DNA of 26,775 bases from a virus (Duplodnaviria > Caudoviricetes): positions 1-26,775 of the IMG/VR virus record IMGVR_UViG_3300016649_000386; one strand, 5' to 3'. Shown in pieces: positions 17,177-25,150 of the stretch (positions within the stretch are counted from its first letter, which is position 1; each line of letters begins with the position of its first letter). Under the pieces are notes generated by a model that saw only the letters and a list, made by a program, of their open reading frames with translations, had not been told where the DNA came from and made no database searches. The position numbers and the translations under genes were made by a program.

Positions 17177-19657
17177 ATGAGAAAATTACTTTGGTTTTTC
17201 CTTTTACCGGTTCAGGTCTTTGCGACTAATTTCTATGTTAGCAATTCCGGGAGCGATGCCGCTGCTGGTACTATCGGCGCGCCGTGGGCAACGATTGCGA
17301 AGGTGAATGCATCTATGGGCAGCTTTGTGGCTGGGGATTCAGTTCTATTCCAGCGCGGCGGCGATTTCTTCGGCGCTTTGACCGTAAGCAAAGCCGGGGT
17401 AATTATCGGCGCCTATGGGGCAGGGAATGCGCCTGTAATAACCGGATTCAAAACACTGGCCGGATGGACAAGCGCAGGCACGAACCTATGGAGCGCGGCA
17501 ACCGCATCGCCAAAAAGTTACATGAATGTAGTCGCTATAAATGGCGTCATGGTACGCGAAGGCCGCTTCCCGGATTACGCAGACAACGCCAGCGGATGGC
17601 TTACCTATACTAATTCGATACCTACTTCGAGCCCGGTTAACGTTATTTCCGGCTCGGCTATACCGACCTCGTTTGTAGGCGGCGAGCTTGTGCTGCGCAA
17701 AAACAGCTATAACCTCGATGTCATGCCGATTACCGGGCAATCTGGTAATACATTCACTTGCACCAACGCGCCGGGCATTTATGGCGTGGTCGGCGGCTTG
17801 GGTGGGTATGGCTTTTTTGTGCAGAATCACCCGGCTACGCTTACCAGCGCCAACGAGTGGTACTTTAACCCGACAAGCAAGGCCCTGACTATATTCAGCA
17901 CCGCTTCCCCGACGGCCACCATCCGGGGCTCCGTGTTCGATACGGTTGTCAATGTAACCGCTGGCAATGTGACCATCGAAAACCTAAACATTCAAGGCGG
18001 AAACCGCTTCGGTGTTTTTTCCAGCGGCAGCGGCTTGGTCCTGAAAAATAATATTATTCGTTTCGTAGGTTATTGGGGCGTTCAAATCAATGGAGCCAGC
18101 AGTATTATCGCGAACAATATCATCCGGGATATTGGCAGTAACGGCATCTGGATGGCAAACAGCGGATTGATTGAGGGGAACCAGGTTCGTGCAATCAGCA
18201 ACCTGGACGGCATGGGCGGCAACCAGGATGATCAGGGTCTCGGCATAGCCATCCAAACCAGCGCAGGGGTACTCTGCCGCCGCAATATTGTCGATTCAAT
18301 TTCATACAACGGCATCAAGTTTTCAGGTGGCAATATCACCATCCGCGAGAATGTCGTGAGCAATGTCTGCATAAACAAGAACGATGGCGGAGGTATCTAT
18401 ACTTGGGAAAATGATGGGCAATGGAATTTCCCGAATAAAGTCGTGAGCCGCAATATAATCATAAACGTAGGTAAGATACTGTTCGGTATGCCTGCTTCAT
18501 ATTCTACCGGATATTACCCTTTGTACATGGATGGAGGGACCGGAGCGGTAACGCTGGATAGCAATGTAATCGCCTTAAGTAATATCAGCCAAAATTCTAC
18601 ATTTACTTCCAGCAATATTTTCGACGATCATGCGGTGCTTATGAATAACCCGCGTTCGCTTATATTCAGGAACAATATCACATTCGGATACCCGACAGGC
18701 CTTTCAATCAACGACTGGAGTCCATCCATTACCCAGACGCCGAAGCCAACCGGCAACACAATTACCGGCAACGCCTTGTATGTAAATAACATGGCAAACG
18801 GCAACAATTGGAAAGAAACAAACCGCTCTTTTTTTTGGCAATCGCAAGGCACAAGAAGCATCGCCGAACAGCAAGCTGATATTCAAAATATCGGCACGAT
18901 GAATAATAACTATGTTTCCGATTTCGCTCAATCGCCTTTCCATTGGACAAGCTATTCAGCCGATGGCGCCTTCCCGGTTAAGCTCGCGGCATGGCAGGCA
19001 TTTAGCGGCAAGGATTTGAACTCCGTATCTTTCCCCGCCACTACGCCTGAGTTCCAATATAATGCCACCGCATCGCCTACCACATACACATTCACAGGCA
19101 GGCAAAAGAGGGATTTCCGGGGAAATACGTATAACAATAGCGCAACCATTCCTGCCTACTACGGTAACATCTTTTTCGATAACGGTCCGGCTACTACTCC
19201 GGTCACGCTCACAGTTACCGCTACACCGACTGCCATCGCTTGTAATGGAGGCAGCAGCACGGTGACTGTGGCTGCATCTGGAGGAACTGCACCATATACC
19301 GGGACCGGCACTTTCACCCGCACAGCTGGTAGCCATACATTTACCGTTACCGATGCCGTAGCAAACACCGGAAGCGCTACGATTACCATCACGCAGCCTA
19401 CGGCTTTGAATGTGACCGCTACCGCCGGAAGCATAACAACACCGGGAGGCAGTACAAATGTGGTTATTTCCGCGAGCGGCGGAACAGCGCCCTATACGGG
19501 TACAGGTACATTCAGTCGCACCGCCGGCGTCCATACTTTTACGGTTACTGATAATAACGGATGCGTAAGCACAGCGATAGTGAGCCTGAGCAATCCGGTG
19601 GTGGTACCGGCGCAATCAACTATTCTAACCAATACAAGGATTATCAATGGGAATTGA
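17177..19657 (+). CDS. Secreted-type right-handed beta-helix (pectate-lyase-like / depolymerase) protein with two SprB-like repeats
   Basis: Signal peptide MRKLLWFFLLPVQVFA|T; 'FYVSNSGSD...GTIGAPWATIAKVN...GDSVLFQRG' cap; Asn-ladder repeats and 'DGGGIY'; two 'GGTAPYT...TVTD' repeats. Confidence 0.8.
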   Translation: MRKLLWFFLLPVQVFATNFYVSNSGSDAAAGTIGAPWATIAKVNASMGSFVAGDSVLFQRGGDFFGALTVSKAGVIIGAYGAGNAPVITGFKTLAGWTSAGTNLWSAATASPKSYMNVVAINGVMVREGRFPDYADNASGWLTYTNSIPTSSPVNVISGSAIPTSFVGGELVLRKNSYNLDVMPITGQSGNTFTCTNAPGIYGVVGGLGGYGFFVQNHPATLTSANEWYFNPTSKALTIFSTASPTATIRGSVFDTVVNVTAGNVTIENLNIQGGNRFGVFSSGSGLVLKNNIIRFVGYWGVQINGASSIIANNIIRDIGSNGIWMANSGLIEGNQVRAISNLDGMGGNQDDQGLGIAIQTSAGVLCRRNIVDSISYNGIKFSGGNITIRENVVSNVCINKNDGGGIYTWENDGQWNFPNKVVSRNIIINVGKILFGMPASYSTGYYPLYMDGGTGAVTLDSNVIALSNISQNSTFTSSNIFDDHAVLMNNPRSLIFRNNITFGYPTGLSINDWSPSITQTPKPTGNTITGNALYVNNMANGNNWKETNRSFFWQSQGTRSIAEQQADIQNIGTMNNNYVSDFAQSPFHWTSYSADGAFPVKLAAWQAFSGKDLNSVSFPATTPEFQYNATASPTTYTFTGRQKRDFRGNTYNNSATIPAYYGNIFFDNGPATTPVTLTVTATPTAIACNGGSSTVTVAASGGTAPYTGTGTFTRTAGSHTFTVTDAVANTGSATITITQPTALNVTATAGSITTPGGSTNVVISASGGTAPYTGTGTFSRTAGVHTFTVTDNNGCVSTAIVSLSNPVVVPAQSTILTNTRIINGN
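19204..19597 (+). repeat. Two tandem ~65-aa SprB-like repeats
   Basis: ASGGTAPYTGTGTF(T/S)RTAG(S/V)HTFTVTD occurs twice. Confidence 0.8.
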
Positions 19658-19889
19658 TGTAAAACGCGCCGTTACACTCGGCGAGATGATTACCGCAGGG
19701 GTTGCGGTTGCAGGATGCATAGGCTCGTTCTGGATGACTACTAACGTCAGGCTGAGTGCTTTGGAATTGAACCAGCGCAATGCCGAAAAAAAGTACGAAA
19801 GTTTGGAGCAGAGCATACAAAAAACGAACGAAAAATTGGATAGGATATCCGAAAAGCTAAACATATTAATAGGCAAGGGTGGGGATTAA
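19647..19889 (+). CDS. Small membrane protein (single TM + coiled coil; holin/antiholin-like)
   Basis: N-terminal hydrophobic helix, then heptads 'LSALE...LEQSIQKTNEKLDRISEKL'. Confidence 0.5.
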   Translation: MGIDVKRAVTLGEMITAGVAVAGCIGSFWMTTNVRLSALELNQRNAEKKYESLEQSIQKTNEKLDRISEKLNILIGKGGD

Positions 19890-19893
19890 CACT

Positions 19894-19971
19894 ATGATAG
19901 TGCTGGCATTTTTCGGCTGCATCTGCGGGTATATCCTACTTGCCTACATCATTGATAAATTAATGAAATGA
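19894..19971 (+). CDS. 25-aa single-TM peptide MIVLAFFGCICGYILLAYIIDKLMK (not in ORF track)
   Basis: Fills the gap, starts 4 nt after the previous stop, and its TGA overlaps the next ATG (ATGA 19968-19971). Confidence 0.55.
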   Translation: MIVLAFFGCICGYILLAYIIDKLMK

Positions 19972-20246
19972 AACACAACTACGGAATCCTCGCCCAGCTG
20001 CCGTTCATACTCGGCGTCATGTTCATCTTCCCGGCTTTCGGCACGATGGATAGGACCGATGCGCCGGTAATCGTAGACTGGACTTGGTACGCATGGCAAT
20101 CCGCGATCGGGGTTGCCGTTATCGTGCAGCATTTTTGGTTTAACAAATTTCAGCAATCCTATGAAGGTGACGCGCGGGGCATTGTATGGCTTTTCTATGC
20201 CGCTACTTTTGCCCTGACTATCATTAATATTTCACGCTTTCAATAA
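19968..20246 (+). CDS. Membrane protein, about 3 TM helices
   Basis: Three hydrophobic stretches in 92 aa; lysis-region context. Confidence 0.6.
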   Translation: MKHNYGILAQLPFILGVMFIFPAFGTMDRTDAPVIVDWTWYAWQSAIGVAVIVQHFWFNKFQQSYEGDARGIVWLFYAATFALTIINISRFQ

Positions 20247-20253
20247 TTAAACT

Positions 20254-20499
20254 ATGAACATTTTCGACCGAATCAAATTGCCCGAGCCCGCTTTCTTTAA
20301 ATCTGCTATCCGGGTTTCGCTTGGCTTATCTGCTGGAGCAGCTGCCGTTTTATCTGCTGATACTTTTGGCAGCCAGATTGTGCCCGGATTCGATTTCAAT
20401 GTATTGCCGTGGGTGGAGATTGCCTGCAAGAATATCATTGTAGCCGGCCTTGCCATCGCTGCAATTAGTAAAACTACTACAATAAAATCGGAAGAGTAA
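20254..20499 (+). CDS. Putative holin (2 TM)
   Basis: 81 aa, 'P-x-FFK' N-terminus, two hydrophobic helices, charged tail. Confidence 0.55.
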   Translation: MNIFDRIKLPEPAFFKSAIRVSLGLSAGAAAVLSADTFGSQIVPGFDFNVLPWVEIACKNIIVAGLAIAAISKTTTIKSEE

Positions 20500-20888
20500 T
20501 GTGGCAACTTTACCTCGCTTTGTTTACCATTGTGGCCGCATGGCGCGATGGAGTCACGGAGCTGCTGAGAAATAGCACATCCGGAAGTGCAGAATTGATT
20601 AAAAAGCGCCTGTTCTGGTGGCATTTCACCGCAGGCGCGTTGTACGTTATCGCGGCGGTTCCGCTTCTTTTGGAAGTTGATTGGTGGCGTATTTTAATCG
20701 TTGCCCCGATAATCAGGGCCATATTATTTAATCCTATCCGAAACATCGCCTGTAATGAGCCGGTATGGTATGTGGGCCATACAGCTTATACGGATATGTT
20801 ATTGCGCAGGATTGCCGGGCAGAACGGTGGCTGGATTATGTCATTAATTGCTTTATTTTTACTCATAATTTACAACGGACTTGCATGA
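20499..20888 (+). CDS. Membrane protein, about 4 TM helices
   Basis: 129 aa, hydrophobic, 'WWH', 'WYVGHTAYTD'; coupled at both ends. Confidence 0.6.
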   Translation: MWQLYLALFTIVAAWRDGVTELLRNSTSGSAELIKKRLFWWHFTAGALYVIAAVPLLLEVDWWRILIVAPIIRAILFNPIRNIACNEPVWYVGHTAYTDMLLRRIAGQNGGWIMSLIALFLLIIYNGLA

Positions 20889-21385
20889 AATATCTCGCAT
20901 TTCTCCTGCTGCTTGCAGGGTGCTACACGCAAAAGAAAGCCGTAAAGCAAGCCGACAAGGCTCTGCGCGAGCATCCTCAGGTTGTAGGCGAGCGGTTCCG
21001 TAAGGAATTCCCATGCGTTACCGGGCGGGTGGATACTGTGGTGGAATATGAATCTATCATGCGTGATACTATCATCGAGATAATAGATACCAAAATAGAC
21101 ACAATCGAAAACAGCGATACCGTTATTTTATTTAAGACCATAGAAAAGAAAATAACGCTACCCGGCAAGACCGTTACCATAACTAAAAGTATTAAGGATT
21201 CCGCCGAGGTATGGCAATGTCAGCTATTGCTGGAAGAATCCACTTTACAAAAAAATGCGTTAATTGAGGATATAGACAAGCGGGACAAGCAGATAAATAA
21301 GCTGAAATCATGGCGCAGATGGCTGATCTGGCCGTACATCATATTTATCGCTTATTTCATCTTAGCACGCGTCTTCCGAAAATGA
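20885..21385 (+). CDS. Putative unimolecular spanin (lipoprotein with C-terminal TM), 166 aa
   Basis: True start ATG 20885 (ATGA overlap): MKYLAFLLLLAG|C lipobox, beta-rich 'DTI' repeats, coiled coil, C-terminal TM 'WLIWPYIIFIAYFILA' followed by RVFRK. Confidence 0.75.
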   Translation: MKYLAFLLLLAGCYTQKKAVKQADKALREHPQVVGERFRKEFPCVTGRVDTVVEYESIMRDTIIEIIDTKIDTIENSDTVILFKTIEKKITLPGKTVTITKSIKDSAEVWQCQLLLEESTLQKNALIEDIDKRDKQINKLKSWRRWLIWPYIIFIAYFILARVFRK

Positions 21386-22383
21386 AAAATAACAATAACG
21401 GTAAATCCGAAATCGCCCGAAAATACCGCAGACAGCATGGCAAGGAAATGCCCACCTCGAAGCTCGCCAAAATCATGTACGAAGCCGAGCCGAGCCGGTT
21501 CCGGGATGTGGAAGACGCCAGGTATTATCTTAGATTCATCGAGGGAAAAACAGGCGCAAACAAGGCAAAAGAGCTAAAGGAGTTCGGCGTACCTGCCCGC
21601 GCTGTTTCACCCTACAAAATACCCGAACCCGATAGCGAAGACCTCAAGCCATACGCCCTGCCGCTGGCATTCAATAACTTCATATTCGCTTCCGATTTCC
21701 ACGTACCGAATCACCGGGTAGAACCCATCGAGGCGATGGTCAAATATGCCACTGATAACGGCATTAAACAGCTCATAATCGGCGGGGACCTGCTCGACAA
21801 TACGCCGTTCACGCGGTGGCTATCCGACCCTATCAACCCGAAGGATGTCCCACGCTGGTTCGATATGGCCCGGGAACTGCTGCAATATTTTACCCAGCAT
21901 TTTACTGAGATATATTGGATTGAAGGAAACCATGATTTTTGGTACAAGCGCTACCTCATGGAAAGGGCCCCGATGCTTTTCCACGATACCTACTTCGAAC
22001 TCACCGAACGCCTCCAGCTGAATGACCTCGGGATAAGGTGGATTCCCCAGCAGTATCTGGTAAAGGCAGGTAAGCTAAACATCCATCATGGGCATATCAC
22101 ATTCCGGGGCGGAGGCGGCTATGCCAACGCTGCCCGGATGCTTTACATGAAGACCAAAAGTTCGATGCTTTGCGGCCATGTCCATGTCGAATCCAGCCAC
22201 ACCGAACCGGATGTGGACAACAAGATAAATACCTGCTTTACTGTAGGCAGCATGTGTACGCTATCGCCTGAGTACCAGCCATTCGGTGGGAAATCCTGCC
22301 ACGGATTTGCGCATGTCTTGACAAAATCTGACAAGACATTTTCTGTCAAAAACTACCGTATCTATGAAGGAAAAATCCTATGA
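21382..22383 (+). CDS. Calcineurin-like metallophosphoesterase with basic N-terminal helical domain
   Basis: Motifs SDFH, GGDLLD, GNHD, HHGH, GHVH; start set at ATG 21382 (ATGA overlap). Confidence 0.88.
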   Translation: MKNNNNGKSEIARKYRRQHGKEMPTSKLAKIMYEAEPSRFRDVEDARYYLRFIEGKTGANKAKELKEFGVPARAVSPYKIPEPDSEDLKPYALPLAFNNFIFASDFHVPNHRVEPIEAMVKYATDNGIKQLIIGGDLLDNTPFTRWLSDPINPKDVPRWFDMARELLQYFTQHFTEIYWIEGNHDFWYKRYLMERAPMLFHDTYFELTERLQLNDLGIRWIPQQYLVKAGKLNIHHGHITFRGGGGYANAARMLYMKTKSSMLCGHVHVESSHTEPDVDNKINTCFTVGSMCTLSPEYQPFGGKSCHGFAHVLTKSDKTFSVKNYRIYEGKIL

Positions 22384-22688
22384 ACGGAAGCATCCTCATA
22401 CCGGAAAAGTTCAAGCTCAACGGTAAGACCATCGAGGTTATTATCGATAATGAATACTGCGCATCGGAGAACTTGCTGGGTGAGGCGGATTTTACCGATA
22501 AGATTATCACCCTCTGCGACCGATTAAATGGACAAAAATTGTCCAAAAATGAAAAGGAAAAGGTATACTACCATGAGCTGATACACATGATCCTCGACGC
22601 GATGGGCAAGGATGTACTTAAGTACGACGAAGATTTTGTCGACCGCTTTGCCGTACTTTTACACGAATACGAAAAATCGAAAAAATGA
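22380..22688 (+). CDS. Small zincin-like metallopeptidase domain protein
   Basis: HELIH (HExxH) with downstream 'DEDFVD'; ATGA-coupled on both sides. Confidence 0.65.
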   Translation: MNGSILIPEKFKLNGKTIEVIIDNEYCASENLLGEADFTDKIITLCDRLNGQKLSKNEKEKVYYHELIHMILDAMGKDVLKYDEDFVDRFAVLLHEYEKSKK

Positions 22689-23131
22689 AGCCATCTCAGC
22701 AATGCTACGATCTCATAAAAAAATACGAAGGATATTCCGGAATCGCCTACCTATGCCCGGCGCGGGTTCCCACCATTGGCTGGGGCTCGACCATGTACGA
22801 CAATGGTAAGAAAGTACAGATGGGCGATGTAATCAGCAAAGCAAGAGCGGAGGAACTGCTGGTTTACGAGGTTGAGCATTTCGCAAACCATATCCGGCGG
22901 CTTGACTTGGGCCTCAATCAAAACCAATTCGATGCGATTGTATCGCTTGTGTATAATATCGGAATCACGGCATTCAGGAAATCGACTATCTTGCGCCTGA
23001 TTTGTAAGAACCCGAACGACCGGGACATAGCGGTACAGTTCGGGCGATGGGTTCACGGCGGCGGTAAGATGCTGCCGGGGCTCGTAAAACGCAGGAAGGA
23101 TGAAATGGAATTGTATTTCAAACCTGTTTAA
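22685..23131 (+). CDS. Endolysin, GH24 phage lysozyme
   Basis: Catalytic triad E-x8-C-x5-T ('YEGYSGIAYLCPARVPTIGWG'), 'QNQFDAIVSLVYNIG', 'GLVKRRKDE'; no SAR helix. Confidence 0.93.
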   Translation: MKPSQQCYDLIKKYEGYSGIAYLCPARVPTIGWGSTMYDNGKKVQMGDVISKARAEELLVYEVEHFANHIRRLDLGLNQNQFDAIVSLVYNIGITAFRKSTILRLICKNPNDRDIAVQFGRWVHGGGKMLPGLVKRRKDEMELYFKPV

Positions 23132-23141
23132 ACGTAAAGCA

Positions 23142-23408
23142 ATGGACATCCACATCCACAACCATACAAATAACGATTGTATTTCCTCACTCTTAAAAAC
23201 AATAATCATGAATCAGGAAGAACTCAAGGCCGCTCTGGAAGCTGCCACCGCTCAGGCTGAAAAGAACAAGGCCGAGCTTGTTGTAAAACTCGACGAGCTG
23301 GCTGCTGCCATCGCTGCGCAGGGTCAGGTATCACCGGAAGTTCAAGCCGCTCTGTCTGCCTTGAACGACACGCTGAAGTCTACCGATGACCTCGTGGCTG
23401 ATGCCTAA
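23142..23408 (+). CDS. Small Ala-rich coiled-coil protein (start 23142 or 23208)
   Basis: Acidic helical sequence with highly-expressed-type codons; an A-rich leader precedes ATG 23208. Confidence 0.6.
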   Translation: MDIHIHNHTNNDCISSLLKTIIMNQEELKAALEAATAQAEKNKAELVVKLDELAAAIAAQGQVSPEVQAALSALNDTLKSTDDLVADA

Positions 23409-23454
23409 GATCTTGCCCATCGGCAAGGGTTGTTAATACGTTTTCGGATAAGAG

Positions 23455-23487
23455 AAACCCCGCTTGTTCAGGCGGGGTTTTGCTTTT
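23455..23487 (+). terminator. Rho-independent terminator at the convergence point, possibly bidirectional
   Basis: AAACCCCGCT / GGCGGGGTTT stem followed by T-rich tract; A-rich on the left side. Confidence 0.8.
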
Positions 23488-24484
23488 CATATTGCTCTAT
23501 GGCTTTGAATATTTGCAATGCCACTTGTGGCACTATGGCGTTTCCGGCTGCTTTGATTGATTCGTTTCGCCATTTAGAAAAGGTAATGCCGTCCAGTCGG
23601 GCGGAAATCCCATCATCTCCAGTACAAATGGGGGATTGAGTTGGGAAGTTGTCGAATGATATGGTTCGTTTGTATATTGGTATGCATTTCTCATCATGTT
23701 TTTTCTTGCTGGGTTGTTGTTTATTGACGTTGGAGGATATGCTCCTTTCCAATCCGTTGCCGTTGGCATCATTGAATTCGCCCACCTGCTCAATGTCACC
23801 GAATGCATTGACCCCTCCTTCACCTGCGTTGACTTCATGTTCGCGGTCGCTTCGGTTGAATCCATTGCCGTTGGGGTGGGGAGCATTTGATTTTTCGCAA
23901 TTTGTGGTAGTGATATTCCGTACCTTATCCCAGTCACATGACTTATGTTCTTGCCATCCGTTAATTCCCTCCCCTCGTTGCTTGCATCCATAGTTTTTGG
24001 CGTAGGCAACAAACCACACCCTGTCCCTTCGGTGGGGAGCGTTAACGGCCGCAGCTGGCAATACATACGGGAATACTTCGTACCCCGCAGCTTCCAGGTC
24101 AGCTTGCACCTCGTGGAAAACCAGCCCTCCTGACCAATTAACAAGGCCGAAAACATTTTCGCCCACGACCCAACGTGGCTGAATTTCACTAATTGTTCGC
24201 AGCATATTTGGCCATAAATGGCGTTCGTCTTCTTTGCCTTTTCGCTTTCCTGCCATTGAGTAGGGTTGGCATGGGAATCCTCCGGTGACGATGTCAATTG
24301 TTCCTCGGTGAATAGTGAAATTTGTTTTGGTGATGTCATGGTATGAAATTGCTTTTGGCCAATAATGTTTCAAAACTTTTTGTCCGAAATCATTCCATTC
24401 ACAATGAAATACGTTTTGCCATCCCATCCATTCGGCGGCAAGGTCAAAACCTCCGATACCGGAAAATAAACTGCCGTGTGTCAT
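23468..24484 (-). CDS. C5-cytosine DNA methyltransferase, large (alpha) chain, 338 aa
   Basis: Start MTHGSLFSGIGG (motif I), GGFPCQ (IV), ENV (VI), HRRDRVWFVA (VIII), GNAIVP (X). Motif IX is not visible in this frame. Confidence 0.92.
   Translation of the reverse strand: MTHGSLFSGIGGFDLAAEWMGWQNVFHCEWNDFGQKVLKHYWPKAISYHDITKTNFTIHRGTIDIVTGGFPCQPYSMAGKRKGKEDERHLWPNMLRTISEIQPRWVVGENVFGLVNWSGGLVFHEVQADLEAAGYEVFPYVLPAAAVNAPHRRDRVWFVAYAKNYGCKQRGEGINGWQEHKSCDWDKVRNITTTNCEKSNAPHPNGNGFNRSDREHEVNAGEGGVNAFGDIEQVGEFNDANGNGLERSISSNVNKQQPSKKKHDEKCIPIYKRTISFDNFPTQSPICTGDDGISARLDGITFSKWRNESIKAAGNAIVPQVALQIFKAIEQYEKQNPA
23533..24339 (-). CDS. Nested alternative-frame ORF: putative MTase small (beta) chain carrying motif IX / TRD, 268 aa
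   Basis: Repeated (L/M)LPTP / MMPTA motifs and 'QLNPPFVLEMMGFPPDWT' motif IX-like segment; lies wholly inside the alpha gene on the same strand in a different frame. Confidence 0.75.
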   Translation of the reverse strand: MTSPKQISLFTEEQLTSSPEDSHANPTQWQESEKAKKTNAIYGQICCEQLVKFSHVGSWAKMFSALLIGQEGWFSTRCKLTWKLRGTKYSRMYCQLRPLTLPTEGTGCGLLPTPKTMDASNEGRELTDGKNISHVTGIRYGISLPQIAKNQMLPTPTAMDSTEATANMKSTQVKEGSMHSVTLSRWANSMMPTATDWKGAYPPTSINNNPARKNMMRNAYQYTNEPYHSTTSQLNPPFVLEMMGFPPDWTALPFLNGETNQSKQPETP

Positions 24485-24574
24485 TCTAATTATTGTTATC
24501 CTCAAACAGGCCATAAACAGCACTTTTTCAGCGCATGCCCGGCCCAAAATAGAATCTTCCAATAAATAGTGCGC

Positions 24575-24790
24575 TTACTCGCACTTATCAGTATCTCCGG
24601 TAAACAAATACATGCAAACCAGATGCACGGTATTGCGAGCCTTAAGCCGCTGCCGGAGCCGGATGATGCGATAGCGCGCGCACTTGATTGTCAGGCCCAT
24701 CTTGTCGGCCACCTCCTTCGTGGTATATCCCTGAGACAGGTAATATATCATGCGGCGGATTTCGGTTTCCGGGATTCGAGTGCCTACCAT
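24575..24790 (-). CDS. LuxR/GerE-type HTH protein (no sensor domain)
   Basis: 'E-x-R-M-I-Y-Y-L-S-Q-G-Y-T-T-K-E-V-A-D-K-M-G-L-T...RLKARNTVHLV' LuxR signature. Confidence 0.8.
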   Translation of the reverse strand: MVGTRIPETEIRRMIYYLSQGYTTKEVADKMGLTIKCARYRIIRLRQRLKARNTVHLVCMYLFTGDTDKCE

Positions 24791-25128
24791 ATCACGCAGG
24801 TTAAGATGGGAACGGAACCGCTGGTGCGGATATCCATGTAGATTGTGAATTTCCCGACTTCGCAGATTTCCATCCCTTTAATCCATATCGGATTTTCCTC
24901 ATCATAATGGAAAGCGACAATTGTCTTACTGTTGGCCCGGAAGGAAATAGTATTGCCCCGGACTAAATCATTACCAGCGCCGATAATCATTATGCCATCG
25001 GGCACGACTTCAGATGATGAAATCCGGAATGTCTTAGCGTACAGGTCCGGAATCTGCGCCATAAGCTCGGCGCCGTAGTTCGGCGCTTCATAGCGCGGGT
25101 TACTTGTAATCGGTGAGAGTGTGTTCAT
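24784..25128 (-). CDS. Hypothetical protein
   Basis: 114 aa, A-rich leader, overlaps the next gene; no recognised motif. Confidence 0.6.
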   Translation of the reverse strand: MNTLSPITSNPRYEAPNYGAELMAQIPDLYAKTFRISSSEVVPDGIMIIGAGNDLVRGNTISFRANSKTIVAFHYDEENPIWIKGMEICEVGKFTIYMDIRTSGSVPILTCVIW

Positions 25129-25150
25129 TGTTTTTGGTTTATGTTGTTAA

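Noticed and set aside
18956-19615. 219-aa minus-strand ORF and similar antisense ORFs across the structural region
   Set aside because: Shadow frames of strongly biased sense genes; no independent evidence.
14842-19657. Diversity-generating retroelement target in the fibre genes
   Set aside because: No reverse transcriptase and no TR/VR pair differing at adenines seen in this window; the SprB repeats differ at synonymous positions.
20765-20884. N-terminal extension of the spanin ORF in the track
   Set aside because: Overlaps the upstream gene and would bury the lipoprotein signal; ATG 20885 fits the ATGA coupling.
24485-24562. 26-aa N-terminal extension of the MTase
   Set aside because: Begins at TTG; motif I normally lies a few residues from the start, and ATG 24484 has an A-rich leader.
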